Assembly: GCA_951406725.2 (NCBI GenBank)
Contig: OX597821.1
Span: 84,010,001-84,074,000 of the forward strand
Direction: 5' to 3'
From: Octopus vulgaris
Lineage: Eukaryota
DNA: 64,000 nt
Positions 56,289 through 64,000 of the stretch are shown one piece after another; position 1 is the stretch's first letter; each line of letters begins with the position of its first letter. A program made the translations under genes and the position numbers. Under the pieces are notes generated by a model. That model was not told the DNA's origin. It ran no database searches and saw nothing but the letters and a program-made list of their open reading frames with translations.

Positions 56289-56483
56289 CTTATAATTTAA
56301 CACACTCACCGGTAAAATTTCCACTTATTCCTTATTTTTATTTTCCTAAAATTTTCGTTGCGTCTTGCAACCTTTTCAATAGTCTTGACTCTGTCCGTTA
56401 TTTACACTGTGTTTGTGCGCATGTGTGTGGGTCAGTGTGTGTGTGGAAATTTTACTGGTGAGTGTGTTAAATTATAAGGCGCA
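56285..56483. repeat. Inverted repeat (~40-bp arms) enclosing a decayed HHR motif on the minus strand (56346-56382)
   Basis: Arms gccttataatttaacacactcaccggtaaaatttccac and reverse complement; CUA-UUGAAAA-G-GUUGC(AAGAC)GCAAC-GAAAAUUU-UAG. Confidence 0.65.
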
Positions 56484-57087
56484 AAAAGAAAATGACTCTC
56501 CCCAGACACAACAGATATGCTTCAACACACGAACTCACAAAGAATCTTGCAAATCAAATCCCAAAACGATATATATACATATATAATATATTAATAAATA
56601 AAACATATGCATATATATATATATATATGTACGTACCTACCTCTACATGTATATATACACGCATATATGAGTACAGGTCACCAAAAAAACGTCGAACACA
56701 ATGAGAAACGAAAACAGACACAAACCCAAGGAACTGGACATTTTTCTTAAACGACAACAAAAATAGAGTACAGGACAAATAACACAAGGAAAAAAAACCC
56801 TTCTTCAGTCGCCATGGTTTCATCTACTCTACGTTTCGAAGGTGAAGGCGAGACGTATCTTCGATAGAAACTTTCCTTCCTGCGAAAAGCAAATCAAATA
56901 AAATTTGAGATCTTTTTGCAGAGGGGTAAAAATGGTAACAAAAACAGGACAGTAACGACAGTACAAAACATAAGCAGTAAAAGACAGGACAAGGAAAATA
57001 ACAAGACAAGAAGGGCTGTTAAGCCGAACGAAAAAAAGTATTACGAACGCTAAAGTAAGATTGTTCTTGATATATACATATATATAT

Positions 57088-58019
57088 GGATAAGGGAAAT
57101 TATAGAAGGAATACATCCAGGCAATCAATACAAATACCAAAGTATAATCTAAAACACACAACGAAATAAATATACACATAAATTTATAAATCATTGAACA
57201 AAATTACATGTAAAAGTCATATGTAAAAACTATGCATCATGTAACTACTATATGATGATATCCTTTACCCGAATTCACTCGAATATGTATATATTTTTTT
57301 TATCTACCTATTTACCCCTGAATTTTAAAATGTTGAACTCTCATCCGACATTTCGTATAAACATCCAATTCTTAATCGATTCGAACAGTTCCTTTTGGAA
57401 GCCCTTAACTCGAACTTTTATCTCTTTATTTGCCACTCCTCCATTCGCTACTCTTTTACTTGTTTCAGTCATTTGACTACGGCCATGCTGGAGCACCGCC
57501 TTTAGTCGAGCAAATCGACTCCGGGACTTATTCTTTTTTTTGTAAGCCCAGTACTTATTCTATCGGTCTCTTTTTGCCAAACCGCTAAGTGACGGGGACG
57601 TAAACACTCCAGCATCGGTTGTCAAGCAATGCTAGGGGGACAAACACAGACACACAAACACACACACATACATATATATATACATATATACGACAGGCTT
57701 CTTTCAGTTTCCGTCTACCAAATCCACTCACAAGGCATTGGTCGGCCCGGGGCTATAGCAGAAGACACTTGCCCAAGATGCCACGCAGTGGGACTGAACC
57801 CAGAACCATGTGGTTGGTTAGCAAGCTACTTACCACACAGCCACTCATGCGCCTGAACCCAACGTACATAATGCATACTTTTCATATGACTTTTATATGT
57901 AAGCTTGTTCACTGATTTATAAATTTATGTGTATATTTATTTCATTGTGTGTTTAAAATTATGCTTTGAAATTTGCATTGATTGCCTGGATGCGTTCCTT
58001 CTATAATTTCCTTTATCCT
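57088..58019. repeat. Diverged ~155-bp inverted repeat with a full SINE A (57452-57853, minus) in the spacer
   Basis: ggaaattatagaagga...catccaggcaatcaat...cataaatttataaatca matches the reverse complement at 57864-58019. Confidence 0.8.
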
Positions 58020-58106
58020 TCGATTTAGCTCGCAATGAGCTCTTCTTAAAACAGTCCAAATATTGTGAAGTATACTTAAAAACATACTTTATAACAAAAT
58101 TTAACT

Positions 58107-58158
<52 letters not shown>

Positions 58159-58394
58159 AATGGGACAAGGACACAAAACATCCACATAGTTAGGTGAAAC
58201 AAAAAAGGGAAAAAATATCCAGACAGACGATACAAGGAAAACAAGGACGACGGATCATTTGGATTTTTGTATCCTCAGTAGAGTTCCAGATTATCTTTGC
58301 AATTTCGGCTGGTTATACTCGAGATTGCTCCAGTCTGGCCAGCCCCAAGGAAAAATAAGCTAAGAGCATTAGATTCCTTGGAAGAAAGCAGCGA

Positions 58395-58453
<59 letters not shown>

Positions 58454-59267
58454 TATATATACATACTATGCGTATATGTCGGAGTGTGTATGTGTTCGTC
58501 CCCCAACATTGATTGACAACCGGTGTTGATGTATTTGCGTACCCCATAACTGCGGAAAACAATGTATATTCCAGTGTGCCTTTTGTCGTGGAATAACTTG
58601 GGAATTAATTTTAATTCCGCAGTTAAAGAGTTAAAGAAAAGGGGACATTGTGATGCTCATACCGGGTCATGAATCGAAACTGGATTACGAACTCGTCAAT
58701 GAATATTCACCATTTTCTAAGCTTCCACGATAACACGTTTTGCTATAATAGTGTGATATCCAACAACATTAATTTTATATATTTTATCTACTACCCACAA
58801 TGTAATGTCACAGTGACATTTCGAATGTACTGGTAGATTAATTAGAAAAAAAAAGAAACAAACAAAATGAAAAAAAATCATTGTTTTTTAATCATTTACA
58901 AAATCTTCTTAATTAAACCGTGTAAAAATTACTAGGAAACAAGCTTTATACATAAAAAAATTTCTTTTATCGTAAAGTAAGTCCACATTGTTACAAACAA
59001 TTGGATTATACAGTCGCTTTTATCAAAGACTTAACTGGTTTCACAAAAAACCCTTTATGTTATCTGAATTATTAGCAATTTCTTTCTCATTTTCTATTCC
59101 TATCAGATCTTTTCCCACCAAGCAATTAAACGATGTTTGTTGAACAGTTTTCTCTCTTTCTATATATATTTTAAATCTTTGTTTATCGGGTTTATATTTT
59201 ATATCTTTCTTTTGTAATCTATGTACACTTTCAACTATACGCGTACATACATACATACATACATACA

Positions 59268-59298
<31 letters not shown>

Positions 59299-59345
59299 GT
59301 TTGCTAATTGTATGTATATATGCATGTGTGTGGTGTGTGTGCATG

Positions 59346-59377
<32 letters not shown>

Positions 59378-59398
59378 CATGTATATGCATATATGTAA

Positions 59399-59435
<37 letters not shown>

Positions 59436-59576
59436 CATACACTTATATATTTGCGTATGTGTATTAATGTATTATATATATAAATACATCCCCCCATATA
59501 TATATATATATATATAAATATATACGTACATACGTACAAGTAAACGTGCATACATATACATACATACATACATACA

Positions 59577-59610
<34 letters not shown>

Positions 59611-59617
59611 CATATAC

Positions 59618-59711
<94 letters not shown>

Positions 59712-59933
59712 CATATACACATATATATATATATATATATCATATGCTCTATGGCTTTAGATCTATATATACTTTTATGCTGTACGTTTGTGTAAACACT
59801 TTCTTACTCTTTGACATGGTGTACATCTAAGGCATTGGAGTTGTCTACATATGTCAAATTCTCACTTGTTACTGAACGGATTTGTGTGTTGCTTCATACA
59901 GTGTCGAATACACTTGGTGTAGAAATATGTGTA

Positions 59934-60260
59934 CAGGGTGATTCAAAAGTTGCCATACGTAGGAACAATTTGTCTTTTTATAAGAAGCGGTTTATAAGAA
60001 AAGGTTTGTTTTTTTTATTTAACAGGCTATGTATGGTTACCATTGTTTTGAGTACACATTGCAATACATTTACCCAACTCGTTGTAAACTCGTAATAAGC
60101 ACATTTGGTGATACGTGTGCAAAGGAGTTGGTGATGCGTTACTTCAAATTATTTATGTCTTTTATCTCTTCGCGATACTCCATGCCTTTCAAATGCTCCC
60201 AAAGATAGAAATCAAGAGGGGTCAGATCAGGGGATCTCGGGGATCTTACGAACTGTTTCT
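59934..60260 (-). mobile_element. Tc1/mariner-superfamily (maT-like) 3' fragment
   Basis: RSPDLTPLDFYLWEHLK motif; terminus ta|cagggtgattcaaaa. Confidence 0.75.
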
Positions 60261-60541
60261 TATAAAAAAATAATTTTTTCTTATGTATGGAGACTTTTGT
60301 ATACTTCACAACTGAAGCGTGCATGCAAACTCCGTATTACGTGACTTTATGTGCACGTCGTACTTATTGTATGACTGCATGGACAATCCATAATATGTGC
60401 ATGTTTGGCTGTGTCTTGGTGTGTGTGTGTGTGTGTGTGTGCGTGTGTGTGTGTGTGTGTATGTGTGTGTATGCGTGTGCGCGTGTGTGTGCGTGCATCT
60501 ATCTATCTATCTAACTATCTATCTATCTATATATATATATA

Positions 60542-60771
60542 AGGCGAGCTGGCAGAAACGTTAGCATACAAAGGCGGAATGCTTAGCGGTATTTCGTCTG
60601 TCGTTACGTTCTGAGTTCAAATTCCGCCGAGGTCGACTTTGCCTTTCATCCTTTCGGGGTCGATAAATCAAGTACCAGTTACGTACAGGGGTCGATGTAA
60701 TCGACTTAATCCCTTTGTCTGTCCTTGTTTGTCCCCTCTGTGTTTAGCCCCTTGTGGGTAGTAAAGAAATA
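60542..60771 (+). mobile_element. SINE family B monomer
   Basis: Head GGCGAGCTGGCAGAAACGTTAGC to tail GTAAAGAAATA. Confidence 0.9.
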
Positions 60772-60979
60772 TATGTATCTATCTATATATATCTGCTAGT
60801 TTACGGGGACGTACACAAACCAACACCGGTCGTTAAGCGGTGATGAGTGGATAAACACGGACACAAACACAAACACACACACACATACACATACGACGGG
60901 CTTCTTTCAGTTTCTGTCTATCAAATCCTCTCACAAAGCTTTAGTCAGCCCGAGGCTATAGCAGAAGACACTTGCCCAA

Positions 60980-61343
60980 CTGGAGCACCGCCTGTAGTCG
61001 AGCAAATCGACCCCGGGACTTATTCTACTGTAAGCCCAGTACTTATTCTATCGGTCTCTTTTGCCGAACCGCTAAGTTACGGGGACCTAAACACACCAGC
61101 ATCGGTTGTCAAGCAATGCTAGGGGGGACAAACACAGACACACAAACATATACGCACACATATATATATATACATATATACGACAGGCTTCTTTCAGTTT
61201 CCGTCTACCAAATCCACTCACAAGGCTTTGGTCGGCCCGGGGCTATAGCAGAAGACACTTGCCCAAGATGCCACGCAGTGGGACTGAACCCGGAACCATG
61301 TGGTTGGTTAGCAAGCTACTTACCACATAGCCACTCCTGCGCC
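60980..61343 (-). mobile_element. SINE family A, 3'-truncated and fused to another partial copy
   Basis: Match to other family A copies. Confidence 0.85.
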
Positions 61344-61790
61344 TTTTAAGTACCACTCTTTTAAAAAAACGTGCCGGGGTCGATTTCTTTGGCTAAAGCC
61401 TTTATGGCGGTGCTCCAGCATGACCTCAGTGAAATTACTAAAACAAGTAAAAAAAATCAAAACCAAGTTAAACGGTAAAAGATTGTTTTTAAAAAATCTT
61501 TGTCGGGATTAGAAAAGGAATTGAACCCTGTGTTATCAGTGAACAAACATGGCCGATAATGATCTTTGTCAAATATAGAATCAGATATTTTTAAACCAGT
61601 GAAATCTCATTAAGCACTAAGAAGCTATTAGCTGTTCCTTTTTTTTTTTTTTTTTTTTTTTTTGCTGTCATTAAATGCTGTTTACTAGAATATAAAGAGA
61701 TGTTGAATATCTCAGTATATTTTACATTTAATTTTTATCTTTGTTAAAGTAGCAAAAAAAATTGAAAGACACACACACACACACACACAC

Positions 61791-61821
<31 letters not shown>

Positions 61822-61895
61822 CAACGGGCTTCTTTGGTCGTCCCGAGGATATAGTAAAAAACATTTTCCCAAGATCCCACGCATTACATATATAT

Positions 61896-61940
<45 letters not shown>

Positions 61941-61941
<1 letters not shown>

Positions 61942-62193
61942 CGTAATCCCTCGCGATATCGCGGTTCACCTATCGCGGTTCACCAATTGTGTTTATTATT
62001 TAAGCTTACGACAATTGCTCTGTGTTGTTATGAATTTATAAAATAAATATATACAAATTATAAAAATAATATATATATATATATATATAAAATATATATA
62101 TATATACAGTACATTACTTTTTCTACTTCGGGGATTTTCATCTATCACGTGGTGTTTTGGAACATAACACCCGCAATAGTCGAGGGAATACTG
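61941..62193. mobile_element. pogo/Tigger-like MITE
   Basis: ta|ccgtaatccctcg ... cgagggaatactg|ta; subterminal atcgcggttcacc repeated twice. Confidence 0.75.
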
Positions 62194-62319
62194 TATAAGA
62201 CAGTTACTCCCGGAAATATTCATAATCCAGTGAAGCGAACCCAAGATTATTATAACTGAGTGCTTGTACGGTACCCGCCTGGATGATTTATCCCTATATA
62301 CTCATCATATATATGTATA

Positions 62320-62628
62320 CGGAGGCGCAATGGCCCAGTGGTTAGGGCAGCGGACTCGCGGTCGGAGGATCGCGGTTTCGATTCCCAGACCGGGCGTTGT
62401 GACTGTTTATTGAGCGCAAACACCTAAAGCTCCACGAGGCTCCGGCAGGAGGTGGTGGCGATCCCTGCTGTACTCTTTCGCCACAACTTTCTCTCACTCT
62501 TACTGTTGGCCTGCTCGCTTAGCCAGCGGGGTGGCGTCATTTGAAGGCTAAAACAATGCGAAGCGCATTGTGACCAGCGATGTGTAACAACATCTGATAG
62601 CCTGGTCGGTCACGGTGATCACGGTGAT
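62320..62628 (+). mobile_element. SINE family C, tail type 2
   Basis: Same structure as 10398-10712. Confidence 0.9.
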
Positions 62629-62633
62629 ATATG

Positions 62634-62668
<35 letters not shown>

Positions 62669-63030
62669 TGAGTATATAGATATGTTAGCTGGTACTTAGA
62701 ATGAGTGCTCCTTGCAGCTTGAACTGCAAAAGGGAATGAGGTTTTGAAATTGCCTCCCAAAGGCAGTTAGAAGCTCTCTCTGAATAGATAAAATATGAAA
62801 GACAGGCAAGCAAAGTTACGGTCGATGAGTAGAGCCTCTTACGACTGTCTCTGGAATAGCCGAGCAAGTGGATCACGCTAATGTGTAACGAATTCACGTA
62901 ATCCAAGCAGCCCGTCATCGGAGAGATCGATGTAAAAACAGTAGATAAAGACATGTCCTTAATTGAGGACATTTTTAGTCATCAATTAGAATGAGGGGCA
63001 ACTATATTAGGTAACTCCATGATTAAAATA

Positions 63031-63643
63031 TTCTTTTCTACTCTAGGCTCAAGGCCCGAAATTTATGGGGAGGGAGCCAGTCGATTAAGTCGACCCCAGT
63101 ACGCAACTGGTACTTAATTTATCGACCCCGAATGGATGAAAGGCAAAGTCGACCTGACGGAATTTGAACACAGAACGTAACGGTAGACGAAATACCGCTA
63201 AGCATTTGGCCCGGCGTGCTAACGTTTCTTATTTCTTTATTGCCCACAAGGGGCTAAACACAGAGGGGACAAACAAGGACAGACGAACGGATTAAGTCGA
63301 TTAGATAGACCCCAGTGCGTAACTGGTACTTAATTTATCGACCCCGAAAGGATGAAAGGCAAAGTCGACCTGGCGGAATTTGAACTCAGAACGTAGCGGC
63401 AGATGAAATACCTGTTTCTTTATTACCCACAAGGGGCTAAACACAGAGAGGACAAACAAGGACAGACAAACGGATTAAGTCGATTAGATAGACCCCAGTG
63501 CGTAACTGGTACTTAATTTATCGACCCCGAAAGGATGAAAGGCAAAGTCGACCTGACAGAATTTGAACTCAGAACGTAACGGCCGACGAAATACTGCTAA
63601 ACATTTCGCCCGGCGTGCTAACGTTTCTGCCAGCTCACCGCCT
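63031..63643 (-). mobile_element. SINE family B tandem trimer
   Basis: Three units; junctions equivalent to those at 22712. Confidence 0.9.
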
Positions 63644-63704
63644 TCCACGATTAAAATATTAATGAACTAATGAAGTCATAGAGTTAACAAAGTTGTGTAA
63701 AGTC

Positions 63705-64000
63705 TCTCTTTACTCTCTTTTACTCTTTTACTTGTTTCAGTCATTTGACTGCGGCCATGCTGGAGCACCACCTTTAATCGAGCAACTCGACCCCGGGACT
63801 TATTCTTTTGTAAGCCTAGTACTTATTCTATCGGTCTCTTTTGCCGAACCGCTAAGTAACGGGGACATAAACACACCAGCATCGGTTGTCAAGCAATGCT
63901 AGGAGGACAAACACAGACACACAAACATATACACACACACTTATATATATATACATATATACGACGGGCTTCTTTCAGTTTCCGTCAACCAAATCCACTC
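63705..64000 (-). mobile_element. SINE family A running off the window end
   Basis: Tail and body match other family A copies. Confidence 0.9.

Noticed and set aside
62685-62972. 95-aa ORF (and 13046-13267) as host exons
   Set aside because: No recognisable domain; at most a faint resemblance to decayed CR1/L2-type LINE 3' ends, too weak to call.

Overview
AT-rich, microsatellite-saturated eukaryotic non-coding DNA. The repeat repertoire suggests an octopus (coleoid cephalopod) genome; this is an inference from recognition, not a search result. No intact protein-coding gene is visible, and almost all listed ORFs are microsatellite translations. The window holds dozens of tRNA-derived SINEs from at least four families, decayed Tc1/mariner/pogo transposons and MITEs, and RTE and R4/NeSL-type LINE fragments. 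The most notable signal is a set of about 20 intact or decayed type I hammerhead-ribozyme (HHR) motifs in short non-coding elements, many embedded in (TA)n tracts. These include (i) a young 360-bp tandem array (18465-20389) with one HHR per monomer that ends in a fold-back inversion, resembling a retrozyme; (ii) a ~395-bp palindrome (20451-20845) with a fully canonical HHR on each strand; and (iii) several long palindromes whose symmetry centre lies at or just 5' of the ribozyme. This fits Penelope-like-element (PLE) pLTR or retrozyme biology. All ribozyme calls were folded by eye and none has been tested.
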